From: Nitrosopumilus sp.
Lineage (GTDB): Archaea; Thermoproteota; Nitrososphaeria; Nitrososphaerales; Nitrosopumilaceae
Assembly: GCA_965218695.1 (NCBI GenBank)
Contig: OZ244651.1
Location: 352,001 to 416,000, forward strand
Direction of reading: 5' to 3'
DNA length: 64,000 bases
The number at the start of each line of letters is the position of its first letter. Positions within the stretch are counted from its first letter, which is position 1. A program made the translations under genes and the position numbers. Shown piece after piece: positions 30,238 through 40,376 of this stretch. The notes under the pieces were generated by a model. The model did no database searches. It was not told where the DNA came from and saw nothing but the letters and a program-made list of their open reading frames with translations.

Positions 30238-32384
30238 GTAAGAGGTCGCCTTTGCGAAGCGATTCCGTGCCTGATCTGCCCCGATTAATTACCAACTGAG
30301 CTACGTTTTCGGCCGTAAATGCCCATTTAATTGGCATTATTTCAGGTTTTTTCCGGGAGGGTCAGACTGAGCTACGTTTTGGCCGATCCGGTGATCGGGT
30401 TTGCGAAGTGGCCTTTTTTGAAGCGGCCGGGCGGTGAATTGTGCCGGGATCAGGCGAGGTTATGCCAGGCTGCCGGCGCGACGGGTCTGCATGGAACAGT
30501 CAGGGAGTGGATTTTGCAGGATTTATGCAGTTGCTGCTGCTCCTGTCGGAATTTTTTCGACAAGACCGTGCATATAGTCAACCAAAAAGTCATGCGGGTT
30601 GACTCCGCGCCTCCTGCACGTCTCGCGGACGGTGGCCAGGACGGCGTGGTTGTATGCGCCGGCAAGGCTCTTGCTGCCGCCTGAGACCTTCCGGGATGCG
30701 ACGCTGGGCCGCAGGGGGCGCTCGGCATCGTTGTTATGGCACTTTGTGTTGAGGCGGATGAATGGGAACAGGTGGGTGATCTCGCGCCGCAGCCGCTTGA
30801 CAAACCGCTTGCAGTGGGCGTCTGTATACTCGCCGGAGATCAGGCGCCTCACCCTGGCCAATAGGTTGCGCACCTTGAGGTTTCGCGTGGCCTCGTCGTC
30901 GTCCGGGTCGAGTCCCTTCTCCGGGAACCAGGAATCGGTGATTATCCCCTTCAGGGCCTTGGCGAACTTTTTGAATTCGGGCCCGGGGTTCTTCATGGTC
31001 AGGGTGCGGAGGATCTCGCGGAGGTAGTGGTAGTGGCACTTTTGGTGGGTCCTGCCGATGCGGTTCCACGCAGCGTGTGAATCAGAGGTGACGTGGCCGC
31101 CGTACCCTCCAAGCAGGGTCTCCAGCACGTCTCCTCCCCGGCTCTTGTCCACGTAAAAGACAGTCGAGTTGTCACCGACTAGTATCCACAGCCAGTACAG
31201 TATCCCGGCTACCCTCCAGCTGGTCTCGTCGCCAAAGACATGCCCTGAGAAGAATATATCCTCGAGCATCTCCTCGTAGAGCGGGTGGAGGGATCCCGTA
31301 ACGGCATCCACGTGGCTGATGACTGTCGACTTGGCAAGGCCTGCGTGGTAGATTATGTTGATCAGCTTGCGGATGGGTTCGTAGGGAATGTTGTACATCC
31401 TCATCGTCGTCTCAAGGCACGTCAGGCTGGCGCCGAACCGCCCCCCTGGGACGACCCCTGGGATCTCGGGGGCAAACTGCCTGCCGCATTCCCCGCAGTA
31501 CCTGCGGACGACGGTATACTGGATGCCGGTCAGCTTCCCGTCGATGATCTCCTCGACTACCCGGATGGTCACCTCGGTGGGCTCCTTCGAGAGGGCATGG
31601 CCGTGCGGGCAGGCGGGCATGTCGACTAGCTTTTTTTCGGATATCGGGGGAGGATCACGGCCGGTGCGCAGGCAGACGACCTTCCTGAACGGGTCCGGCG
31701 CAGGCCCTGGTGATTCCCGGAGCCGCTTCTGGGAGCGGCGGCTTTTGATGCCCAGATTCTCGGCTGCCAGCGCCGAGTTGGCCGCGCGCGCCTCCCTTAA
31801 CTGAGAGGCATGCTCTGATGCCTGCCGTTCCAGGCGGGCTATCCTGTCCATGACTGCCTGCGAGACGTCGCATCCCTGCAGGAGGGCGGCATTCTCTGCC
31901 CTCAGTTTCTCTATCTCGGAGTCCTTTTGCACATTCTCTTCTTCCAGCAGTTTGATCCTGGCATCCATCTCCGTCAGCATCGCGTGTTCCCCTGAGAAGG
32001 CCTCTGCCTCCTCCTTCAGCTGCTCGATGTCTTTTCTCAGTGCCATGCTCTCCTCGTCCTTGGATTTGAGCATGTCCAAGACGGATTCGAAGAGGGACTT
32101 GGTGTCGGTTACGGAGTTCCAGTCAATCTTTTCCAAGTCGATTACAGGCACCACGCCATAACACGGGAAGGCATGATCCATAAAGCTTTTGGGCACGCAG
32201 CGCCTGCCGGAAAATGCGGCGCAAAAGATCCAACCGGAAGAGCCTTGATCCGAAAACCGCCCTGCCTGAGGACCGTGTTGATAACGTGCAATTAATCGGG
32301 TATTTATGGTCAAAAACGTAGCTCAGTTGGTAATTAATCGGAACAGATCAGGCACGGAATCGCTTCGCAAAGGCGACCTCTTAC
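30238..32384 (-). mobile_element. IS66-family element, copy B (inverted, near-identical to 13475-15621)
   Basis: Same 2,147-bp length and TIRs; 8-bp TSD GTGGAAAA; one synonymous difference noticed. Confidence 0.95.
30523..32313 (-). CDS. IS66 transposase
   Basis: Protein identical to 13546-15336. Confidence 0.92.
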   Translation of the reverse strand: MTINTRLIARYQHGPQAGRFSDQGSSGWIFCAAFSGRRCVPKSFMDHAFPCYGVVPVIDLEKIDWNSVTDTKSLFESVLDMLKSKDEESMALRKDIEQLKEEAEAFSGEHAMLTEMDARIKLLEEENVQKDSEIEKLRAENAALLQGCDVSQAVMDRIARLERQASEHASQLREARAANSALAAENLGIKSRRSQKRLRESPGPAPDPFRKVVCLRTGRDPPPISEKKLVDMPACPHGHALSKEPTEVTIRVVEEIIDGKLTGIQYTVVRRYCGECGRQFAPEIPGVVPGGRFGASLTCLETTMRMYNIPYEPIRKLINIIYHAGLAKSTVISHVDAVTGSLHPLYEEMLEDIFFSGHVFGDETSWRVAGILYWLWILVGDNSTVFYVDKSRGGDVLETLLGGYGGHVTSDSHAAWNRIGRTHQKCHYHYLREILRTLTMKNPGPEFKKFAKALKGIITDSWFPEKGLDPDDDEATRNLKVRNLLARVRRLISGEYTDAHCKRFVKRLRREITHLFPFIRLNTKCHNNDAERPLRPSVASRKVSGGSKSLAGAYNHAVLATVRETCRRRGVNPHDFLVDYMHGLVEKIPTGAAATA

Positions 32385-32424
32385 GTGGAAAAGCATTTTT
32401 AAATTACATTTACTGTCGTGCTTT

Positions 32425-33081
32425 GTGAACAAGAAGATCATCATCATAGCAGCTGTCGCAGTGGCCATAGCCATAGCGGCAGCCTCGTTCCAGTCATCAC
32501 CGTCTGCTAATCCCGATCTGGTGGATCGGACCCATGGGACAGTCTCCACTACCCTGGGATCTCCGATTCTGGGAGACCCGTCTGCCCCTATTACAATTAT
32601 TGAATTTGGCGACTACCAGTGCCACTTCTGCCAGAAATGGTTCCATGAAACAAGGCCGGCAATAAGCAGCCAATATATCGATGCCGGAAAGGCAAACCTC
32701 GTCTTTGTTGATATGGCATTTCTGGGGCGTGACTCTCCAAAGGCAGCCCAGGCCTCATACTGTGCCGAGGATCAGGGGATGTACTGGGAGTACCATGATA
32801 TCCTATACACCTATCAGGAGTCCGAAATTGACGGGGGCTGGGCAAACTCAGAAAGACTAAAGGCGTTTGCCTTTTCCCTGGGCATGGACCTGGATCAGTT
32901 TACAGAGTGTCTTGATTCTGGCAAGCATGCCCAGCGCGTCCAGTACAATACAAACCAGGCAAGGGCAAGCGGAATAACATCGACGCCGGGATTCGTTATT
33001 GTGGGCCCCGACCAGCAAATACGGATAAGCGGGGCCCATCCGTTCTCTACATTCCAGCAAACATTGGATTCCATGATCTAA
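32425..33081 (+). CDS. DsbA-like thioredoxin-fold disulfide oxidoreductase
   Basis: N-terminal anchor, EFGDYQCHFC, cis-Pro TP motif. Confidence 0.9.
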   Translation: MNKKIIIIAAVAVAIAIAAASFQSSPSANPDLVDRTHGTVSTTLGSPILGDPSAPITIIEFGDYQCHFCQKWFHETRPAISSQYIDAGKANLVFVDMAFLGRDSPKAAQASYCAEDQGMYWEYHDILYTYQESEIDGGWANSERLKAFAFSLGMDLDQFTECLDSGKHAQRVQYNTNQARASGITSTPGFVIVGPDQQIRISGAHPFSTFQQTLDSMI

Positions 33082-33570
33082 ATGGCGCAGGCAGTACGAA
33101 TTGTATTCTCAAACATCCGGTTTGCGGCTCTGGCAGCTACCATTTTTACCCTCATGGCAACAGGGCTGCTGATACTGTCCGAATACATCTTTTTGGAGCC
33201 GTATGTGGTAGCCCACCTGCCGCCAGGAGGCGAACTTGGGTTTGCCCTGATCCTGATCCTTTCTGCACTATCTGCTCTGGTCATCCCCATGAACATCTTT
33301 AGAATAACTGCCCTGAACAACTCGAAACAGAAGATAAGCGGTGGCGCCTTTGGCTCTATAATCGGTGCTGCCGCCGGCGCATGCAGCTGCGGACCAGTGG
33401 GATTTGCCGTCATCTCTACGTTTGGATCCGTTGGTGCCACTGCCACTGCATTTCTTACAAACTACGAGATCCCGATCCGGATTGTGGCCATCCTGGTACT
33501 GGCCGTTACATACGTCACCACGGTAAAATCGCTCAGAACCGAATGCAGGCTTGACTATAGTGAAAAGTGA
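33082..33570 (+). CDS. Membrane protein with a CxC motif, translationally coupled to the DsbA-like gene
   Basis: Four hydrophobic segments, GACSCGP; native stop displaced by IS630. Confidence 0.75.
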   Translation: MAQAVRIVFSNIRFAALAATIFTLMATGLLILSEYIFLEPYVVAHLPPGGELGFALILILSALSALVIPMNIFRITALNNSKQKISGGAFGSIIGAAAGACSCGPVGFAVISTFGSVGATATAFLTNYEIPIRIVAILVLAVTYVTTVKSLRTECRLDYSEK

Positions 33571-34659
33571 AAGTTCGTTCCAAGTTCAGCACCTCAGACC
33601 GAAAACTATGTAGATCAGCCGGTCGCCTAACGCGGCATGATCAAAGTAACACGGGAAGAACTCGAAGTAGCATACAAAAAAGAAAAGGACCTCAGGGTGG
33701 GAGCCAGAATGCTTGCAGTACACATGGTACATTTTCGTAAAATGAGCATAGATGATGCGGCCGTCAATCTTCTGCGATGTCCCAGGTGGGTACGCAACTG
33801 GCTGGAACGCTTCGAGAATGGAGGTCTACAAGGCCTCCGGGATCTTCCCAGATCCGGCAGGCCGCCCAAGATTTCACCTGAAGCAATGGACGGCATACTG
33901 GACAAGGTAGACCGGTTCAAGACCACTCCTGCCGAACTGCAACAGGTCATACACAGGGAGACGGGAACAAAGATGCACAGGACGAACATCAGGAAAATCA
34001 TGCAAAAATACGGTCTGTCCCCCAAGGGGTCGCAAAGGATCCACATCAACAGGGCCACCAAGGCAGCCGTAAAAAGCTGGCAATATCGCCTCAAAAAGAG
34101 AATTTCACGCCTAGAAAAAGACGGTTTTGTCCTGGCCGTGCAAGACGAGGCGTTCTTCATACACGACGTAAAATCTGGCCGCAAGTATTGGTCCCCCGTG
34201 GGGGTGCCAATAACCGTGCCATACACTGGAAGCCACAAAAGAATTACCGCGTACGGTTCAATTACAATGGATGGCAGGCAGTTCTTCAGGACTGCCAGCG
34301 GGTTTAACGCGCCCACTTTTGTTGCTTATCTCAAGGCCATGCAGAGGCATTTTGGGAAGGTTGCCGTCCTGGTGGACAGGGCGTCCCCGCACCGCGCAAA
34401 AGCCGTCCGGACGCTGCTGCGCGAGAACAAGAACATCAGGATCATATACCTGCCAAAAGGCTCACCGTATCTCAACGCCGTGGAAGAATGCTGGCACCAG
34501 GGAAAACGGAACCTGCTTGTTTCAGAATACTACAAAACCTTCTTGGACATGCACAGTGCCGTCTCCCAGTACTATCGAACTGCGAGATTCAATCTGGATT
34601 TGATCAAATTCTTTAACAGAAAAGCCGAATTATTTTGCAAGAACTTTTGATCGCCACTA
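33558..34659 (+). mobile_element. IS630-family element
   Basis: TA duplication (33556-33557, 34660-34661) in the palindromic target GACTAGTC; TIRs TAGTGAAAAGTGAAAGTTC / TAGTGGCGATCAAAAGTTC. Confidence 0.9.
33637..34650 (+). CDS. IS630 transposase
   Basis: DLPRSGRP, QDEA, VDRASPH, SPYLNAVEECW. Confidence 0.93.
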   Translation: MIKVTREELEVAYKKEKDLRVGARMLAVHMVHFRKMSIDDAAVNLLRCPRWVRNWLERFENGGLQGLRDLPRSGRPPKISPEAMDGILDKVDRFKTTPAELQQVIHRETGTKMHRTNIRKIMQKYGLSPKGSQRIHINRATKAAVKSWQYRLKKRISRLEKDGFVLAVQDEAFFIHDVKSGRKYWSPVGVPITVPYTGSHKRITAYGSITMDGRQFFRTASGFNAPTFVAYLKAMQRHFGKVAVLVDRASPHRAKAVRTLLRENKNIRIIYLPKGSPYLNAVEECWHQGKRNLLVSEYYKTFLDMHSAVSQYYRTARFNLDLIKFFNRKAELFCKNF

Positions 34660-34800
34660 TAGTCTGTGCTGCCAATGTCCGTTCCGTCTGCCCTGAGACT
34701 CCCCGGTGCCTGATTTCAGGACTACCCCTGCCTAACTCTGTCCGGCATCCCGGACACGCAAAACTTGATCTATTTATTTGACTCATTTAGGCTTAACGTA

Positions 34801-35721
34801 GTGCAAAACTGGAACCTGATTATAGGAATCGTGATCATCGCTAGCCCCATACTCTTTGCAATGATCGTCTTTCCGGATTCGATAGCATGGAGCTGGAACG
34901 AGGGCAGGGGCGGCTATTTCTTTGCACTCGTATTTGTTGTGGCCGAGATGATCGGGCTAAAGACTGTCATATCCAAAAGACGGCTGCATGTGGTAATTCC
35001 GATGGCGGTCCTAGTCATCGTATATCTGATCTCCCTGGAGCATGGCCTGCGAGACTACATCGTAGAGGCCGCAGATCATTTCGACGTGCAGCTGATCTAC
35101 TCATGGACATGGATGTGGGACTTTGTGGTGATGGCCATATTTTTCGTTGCAGCACTGACTGTCTTCTTTGGACGGCGGTGGATCAGGATTGCCCCGGCAG
35201 GACCGATATTTCTTACCGGAACTGCAGTAATACTCTCCCTTGACGCATTCTTCCCCTACGACACGCTGGGCCCATTGCAGTATATTGTTCCCTACTTTGT
35301 TCAGGCAAACGTCTGGGTGATCACCGTGCTTGATCTTGGCACTGCAATAGCCAGAGACAACGTCATGTTTCTGCGCGGTGACCATGGCTCCATGGCACTC
35401 CAAGTGTTCTGGCCATCTGCAGGCGTTCACAGCATAATCATCTTCTCCCTGGTAATAGGGGCATTCATGCTCAAGATGAACATTGCCAGGCCCAGAAAGA
35501 TCGTCTATTTCATACTGGGAATAGTCGGCACCGTTGTTGTCAACCTGATTAGGATATTTTCCCTCTCCTGGTACGCCCTGAAGGTCACCACGGATCCTGT
35601 TGCCTGGGAGGAGTATCACAAGATTGCAGGCGAGATCATGTTCCTGCCGTGGCTCTTTGCGTTCATACTGGTTGTAATCCTGATAGAGTCCAGGCGTCTC
35701 AAGAAGCTGGAAAAGGTCTGA
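34801..35721 (+). CDS. Thaumarchaeosortase (archaeosortase/exosortase family)
   Basis: Multi-pass membrane protein; WPSAGVHS (Ser at the usual catalytic Cys position), NLIRI and conserved His; GTG start preferred over 34765. Confidence 0.88.
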   Translation: MQNWNLIIGIVIIASPILFAMIVFPDSIAWSWNEGRGGYFFALVFVVAEMIGLKTVISKRRLHVVIPMAVLVIVYLISLEHGLRDYIVEAADHFDVQLIYSWTWMWDFVVMAIFFVAALTVFFGRRWIRIAPAGPIFLTGTAVILSLDAFFPYDTLGPLQYIVPYFVQANVWVITVLDLGTAIARDNVMFLRGDHGSMALQVFWPSAGVHSIIIFSLVIGAFMLKMNIARPRKIVYFILGIVGTVVVNLIRIFSLSWYALKVTTDPVAWEEYHKIAGEIMFLPWLFAFILVVILIESRRLKKLEKV

Positions 35722-35728
35722 AAATACG

Positions 35729-36853
35729 CTAAAAATAATCTGTAATGCCCATCTGGCCCTGCATCTCTGAGAGCTCTGCGACCCTGATGCCAAGCCTCCT
35801 GACATCCAATGTCTGCCCCTCGAGTGCATCTGCCAGCAGCCTTTCTGCATTCCTTTGAAGCTCAGCCAGACTTGACGTCGGATTCTTTAGCATTCTTGAC
35901 TTTGTTCTGCCTGACAGATCCGAATGGATGAACTGAATTCCCACCGACTTGAACATCCTGTTGTTTCCTATGGCCACCTTGTGTACCCCACTGCATAGTT
36001 CAATCAGGTTTTCCAGGAGAAACCTGTAGTCTCTGGAATCCTTGCTCAGTGTTGCAATCTTGCTGTACTGTACGCTTGCCTCCCTCTCCCTGACCGGCGC
36101 ATCGTCGATGCCTCTGGCTGCATTGAATATGTATGCCCCGTGCTTCCTGCCAAACTCCTTGTTCAGGGTAAAGATGTCCAGTTTTTTTAAATCCTGCACC
36201 CCCTCCAGTCCCATTTCACGGAGTCTCTCCTCCGTCTTTTTTCCAATTCCCGGGATCGTCCTGATCTTTAGAGGCTCCAAAAACCCGTGCAGTCCGTCCG
36301 GCTGAACCACCGTCATGCCGTCCGGCTTTTGAAAGTCTGATGCAATCTTTGAGACCATTTTGTTAGGCGAGATTCCGATAGAACAGCTGATTCCTGTCCT
36401 GTGCCTGACTGCATTTTTGATCTGCTGGGCAAGGTGGGCGGCCCTCTTAAAATCGGACTCAACCCTGTCTGTCACATCCAGGTATGCCTCGTCCCTTCCC
36501 ACATACTCAAAGACATCCGCATAGCCCCTCATGACATCCATTGCATTTTCGGAGACCTCAGAGTAATACCCAAAATCCACCGGCAGGAACACTGCGTCCT
36601 CCCTATCCCTGAGCCGCCTTTTTGCAAATACTATTGGCATCCCTGATCTTGCCCCGTACTTCCTTGCCGTATAATTGGCAGTTGCAATGGCGCCACTGTC
36701 CCCGCCCCTGCCTGAAAACACACAGACGCAGACAGGTTTTGACTTGAGTTCCGGCGTCCTGATCTCTTCACACTGAGCATAGAAATAATCAAAATCTATG
36801 TGACAGATTATCCTTCCTTCTGACATACCCCAACTACCCTGGATTGTCACCAT
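35729..36853 (-). CDS. dinB: DNA polymerase IV (Y family)
   Basis: HIDFDYFYAQCE, ANYTARKYG, GRDEAYLD, AKIAS-like motif, KPDG. Confidence 0.93.
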   Translation of the reverse strand: MVTIQGSWGMSEGRIICHIDFDYFYAQCEEIRTPELKSKPVCVCVFSGRGGDSGAIATANYTARKYGARSGMPIVFAKRRLRDREDAVFLPVDFGYYSEVSENAMDVMRGYADVFEYVGRDEAYLDVTDRVESDFKRAAHLAQQIKNAVRHRTGISCSIGISPNKMVSKIASDFQKPDGMTVVQPDGLHGFLEPLKIRTIPGIGKKTEERLREMGLEGVQDLKKLDIFTLNKEFGRKHGAYIFNAARGIDDAPVREREASVQYSKIATLSKDSRDYRFLLENLIELCSGVHKVAIGNNRMFKSVGIQFIHSDLSGRTKSRMLKNPTSSLAELQRNAERLLADALEGQTLDVRRLGIRVAELSEMQGQMGITDYF

Positions 36854-36901
36854 CTATCAATTTTGGGTTTCATCTAAATACCCGAGATTCCAATCTTCAT
36901 C

Positions 36902-37144
36902 ATGGAATATCCGATATCTGTCAACGAAAACGGCCTGAACCTCAAGCCTGAAAAAATGGAACGAGAGAAGCTTTATCACTGCATATTCAAGGACAAGGTA
37001 ATGCTTGTCTTCAAAGATTCTCAAGATGTTCTAAACTGCTATGAAGTAGAGGAAGCCGGACTAGTTGACCGGATCCGGAAATGCAATACCACTGACGAGT
37101 TAGAAAAAATATTTGATGAATATCTTAAACATCAGCAAGAATAA
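36902..37144 (+). CDS. Small hypothetical protein
   Basis: ATG-started 80-aa ORF behind an AT-rich promoter-like stretch. Confidence 0.7.
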   Translation: MEYPISVNENGLNLKPEKMEREKLYHCIFKDKVMLVFKDSQDVLNCYEVEEAGLVDRIRKCNTTDELEKIFDEYLKHQQE

Positions 37145-37183
37145 TTATATACAAGCAATGTGGGTATCTAATTATAGTGATGT

Positions 37184-38872
37184 ATGGACTTGAGTGACTC
37201 CAATAATTCCAAAGACGCAGAAGAAATTTTATCGGAATTTGATTCCCGAGATTCAATCCCAGAATCAACTACTGAAAAAAAGACAGAACCAACACCGGCC
37301 CCAACAGCCGAACCCGCTCCAGAACCAACAGCCGAACCCGCTCCAGAACCAACAGCCGAACCCGCTCCAGAACCAACAGCCGAACCCGCTCCAGAACCAA
37401 CAGCCGAACCCGCTCCAGAACCAACAGCCGAACCCGCTCCAGAACCAACAGCCGAACCCGCTCCAGAACCAACAGCCGAACCCGCTCCAGAACCAACAGC
37501 CGAACCCGCTCCAGAACCAACAGCCGAACCCGCTCCAGAACCAACAGCCGAACCCGCTCCAGAACCAACAGCCGAACCCGCTCCAGAACCAACAGCCGAA
37601 CCCGCTCCAGAACCAACAGCCGAACCCGCTCCAGAACCAACACCGGCAGTAGCAGCTGAGTCAACTCCCGAACCAGCCGCCGAACCCGCTCCAGAACCAA
37701 CACCGGCAGTAGCAGCTGAGTCAACTCCCGAACCAGCCGCCGAACCCGCTCCAGAACCAACACCGGCAGTAGCAGCTGAGTCAACTCCCGAACCAGCCGC
37801 CGAACCCGCTCCAGAACCAACACCGGCAGTAGCAGCTGAGTCAACTCCCGAACCAGCCGCCGAACCCGCTCCAGAACCAACACCGGCAGTAGCAGCTGAG
37901 TCAACTCCCGAACCAGCCGCCGAACCCGCTCCAGAACCAACACCGGCAGTAGCAGCTGAGTCAACTCCCGAACCAGCCGCCGAACCCGCTCCAGAACCAA
38001 CACCGGCCCCAACAGCCGAACCCGCTCCAGAACCAACACCGGCAGTAGCAGCTGAGTCAACTCCCGAACCAGCCGCCGAACCCGCTCCAGAACCAACACC
38101 GGCAGTAGCAGCTGAGTCAACTCCCGAACCAGCCGCCGAACCCGCTCCAGAACCAACACCGGCCCCAACAGCCGAACCCGCTCCAGAACCAACACCGGCA
38201 GTAGCAGCTGAGTCAACTCCCGAACCAGCCGCCGAACCCGCTCCAGAACCAACACCGGCCCCAACAGCCGAACCCGCTCCAGAACCAACACCGGCAGTAG
38301 CAGCTGAGTCAACTCCCGAACCAGCCGCCGAACCCGCTCCAGAACCAACACCGGCAGTAGCAGCTGAGTCAACTCCCGAACCAGCCGCCGAACCCGCTCC
38401 AGAACCAACACCGGCCCCAACAGCCGAACCCGCTCCAGAACCAACACCGGCAGTAGCAGCTGAGTCAACTCCCGAACCAGCCGCCGAACCCGCTCCAGAA
38501 CCAACACCGGCCCCAACAGCCGAGCCAGCAGTTCCGCCCACCGCAGAATCACAATCCGATTCAACTACGAGTGAAACTTCGGATTCATCTAAAACATCTG
38601 AAAGGCGTGATGTGATTTTTGTGGGCGCAAAACCAATAATGACTTATGTGTCTGCAACCTTGACACAACTTTCCACCAGATCTATGGTAACCATCAAGGC
38701 TCGAGGCAAAAAAATTACACATGCAGTTGATGTGTCCCAAATGATCGTCAAGAGAATGAATTCAGTTGGATACATCATCAAAGATGTGCGAATCGCATCC
38801 GACTCTCTTAAATCCCAAGATGGAAAACTGCGTAACGTATCCACCATGGAAATTGACATATCAAAAGGGTAA
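37184..38872 (+). CDS. Alba-domain nucleic-acid-binding protein with a very long Pro/Glu/Ala/Thr repeat N-terminus
   Basis: C-terminal VIFVGAKPIMTYV...IKARGKKI..AVDV...RNVSTMEI is an Alba fold; no signal peptide. Confidence 0.88.
   Translation: MDLSDSNNSKDAEEILSEFDSRDSIPESTTEKKTEPTPAPTAEPAPEPTAEPAPEPTAEPAPEPTAEPAPEPTAEPAPEPTAEPAPEPTAEPAPEPTAEPAPEPTAEPAPEPTAEPAPEPTAEPAPEPTAEPAPEPTAEPAPEPTAEPAPEPTPAVAAESTPEPAAEPAPEPTPAVAAESTPEPAAEPAPEPTPAVAAESTPEPAAEPAPEPTPAVAAESTPEPAAEPAPEPTPAVAAESTPEPAAEPAPEPTPAVAAESTPEPAAEPAPEPTPAPTAEPAPEPTPAVAAESTPEPAAEPAPEPTPAVAAESTPEPAAEPAPEPTPAPTAEPAPEPTPAVAAESTPEPAAEPAPEPTPAPTAEPAPEPTPAVAAESTPEPAAEPAPEPTPAVAAESTPEPAAEPAPEPTPAPTAEPAPEPTPAVAAESTPEPAAEPAPEPTPAPTAEPAVPPTAESQSDSTTSETSDSSKTSERRDVIFVGAKPIMTYVSATLTQLSTRSMVTIKARGKKITHAVDVSQMIVKRMNSVGYIIKDVRIASDSLKSQDGKLRNVSTMEIDISKG
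37285..38523 (+). repeat. Compound tandem repeat: about 14 x 24 bp, about 6 x 60 bp, then mixed 60/36-bp higher-order units
   Basis: ACAGCCGAACCCGCTCCAGAACCA units; 60-bp period visible as identical sequence lines 37621-37980. Confidence 0.97.
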
Positions 38873-38873
38873 A

Positions 38874-39092
38874 TTAAAAAAATTAATTCTAGCAGCAATT
38901 GGAATTTTAACGGTTATAATCATACTTGCACTATCTGAAAATTCGTGTGGATTGCAGCATATCCAAATTTTAAATGATATATCCACATATGAAGAAACAC
39001 TGGATCCCGAGTTTTGTGAGGCCGTGGTAAGCAGGATCGACCTGTTTAACAATCAATGCATGCCAATGTTTGAAACCCTAGACTGTGGTTAA
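38874..39092 (+). CDS. Small putative exported protein with four Cys (start uncertain)
   Basis: KKLILAAIGILTVIIILAL hydrophobic leader; no canonical start codon at the expected position. Confidence 0.45.
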   Translation, partial: LKKLILAAIGILTVIIILALSENSCGLQHIQILNDISTYEETLDPEFCEAVVSRIDLFNNQCMPMFETLDCG

Positions 39093-40376
39093 TACAGGAC
39101 ATATGTCAAAAACGTTATTCCAAGGAGAGCGGCATATTCTCAAGTAGTTAATTGACAAATTTTCAGATAAAATATGGTAGGAAAGGCTCCGGTGGATTTC
39201 GGTGATCAAGCCATTAGATCATATGAGTAATCGACCACTTTCAACATAACAAAAATACGCCGCAATAGATCCTATGATTAACCCCCCATCACATCGATAA
39301 ATTTAGATCAGGCACGATCGCGTTTCACATCAAATGCCAGACTCACCTGATCAGATCATACGCAAGTTAGAACAGGAAAACAAAAAGCTAAAAAAGATTC
39401 TAAATCAGAAAGACAAAAAGCTGGAGCAGAAAGACAAAAAGCTGGAGCAGAAAGACAAAAAGCTGGAGCAGAAAGACAAAAAGCTGGAGCAGAAAGACGA
39501 GGAGCTGAGCCTTGAGCGCAGCCTGTGGAAGCGCAGGGACGGCGCGTTGAGCAAGGATGCCGGCAAGAGTGAAATGCTGCACCGGATCGAGGTTTTTGAC
39601 GAAATAATCGGCAGCAAGACCAAGATTTACCGGGCCACGCTAAAAGACAAGGAAAAGTTCCAGTTCATGCTGGCGTATGCCAAGGAATACATGAAGCATT
39701 CTGGCCGGATGCCGCTGTTTCGCGACGACGACTCCAGAAGGTCCGATCCCGGAAACCGGTGCAAGCTGCACCTGAGGCACGCCCTGCTCATGGCGCTGAT
39801 GCACAAAAAGGACAACATCACCCAGGGCGTGCTTGGCGCAGTCTTCGGGATAGACCAGGCCGCCGTGTCGCGGTACCTCAAGGTGATCGACGCGATGCTG
39901 GAAGGGACGCTTCCCACGGCAGACAGCGTGTCAGGGGAGATATCTGCAGCCCCCACCAAGGAAGAGTTCAAGAAGATCGTGCCCGGGCCCGACGGGGGCG
40001 AGATATTCGCAGACGGCACGCACTGCCCCGTGCAGCGCCCGTCCGAAAGGACGGTCAGGCGCATGAAATACTCTGGCAAGAAAAAAAAGTTCACCATCTA
40101 TGTTAACCCTCCCCCGGACTTATCCAGTTTTTGCAACCAGCTTGTCACTTTGGGTATGTTTTTTGCCTTCTTAAGCATTACCTGCAAGCAGAATCCTGCC
40201 CGACCGGCAGAAAATACGGCTTTTTGCCCCGCGGTGTGACACGCATAATCCCTTCCGGGGGGTCTGGGGGGCTGGCCCCCCAGCATTCATGTAGAAACAT
40301 CCCATAGTTCCCATAATTTGTGCACAGCATCCGCTAGACTCGGCATTGCCTACTGGCACCACCACCGGTTCCACAC

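Noticed and set aside
13475-32384. Composite transposon bounded by the two inverted IS66 copies
   Set aside because: Outer flanks (CAACAAGC, GTGGAAAA) do not match, and copy B has its own TSD, so it inserted independently.
37285-38523. Possible CRISPR array
   Set aside because: Contiguous in-frame repeats with no unique spacers; no cas genes in the window.
37168-38564. Long antisense and alternate-frame ORFs (457, 431 and 152 aa) over the repeat
   Set aside because: By-products of a stop-free tandem repeat; only the + frame continues into the Alba domain.
39148-39173. TTAATTGACA...TCAGAT similarity to about 43646-43673
   Set aside because: Short, AT-rich and only two instances; no element boundaries or TSD found.
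39305-39322. AGATCAGGCACG shared between the IS5 left end and the IS66 TIR
   Set aside because: A single 12-mer match is plausible by chance in 64 kb.
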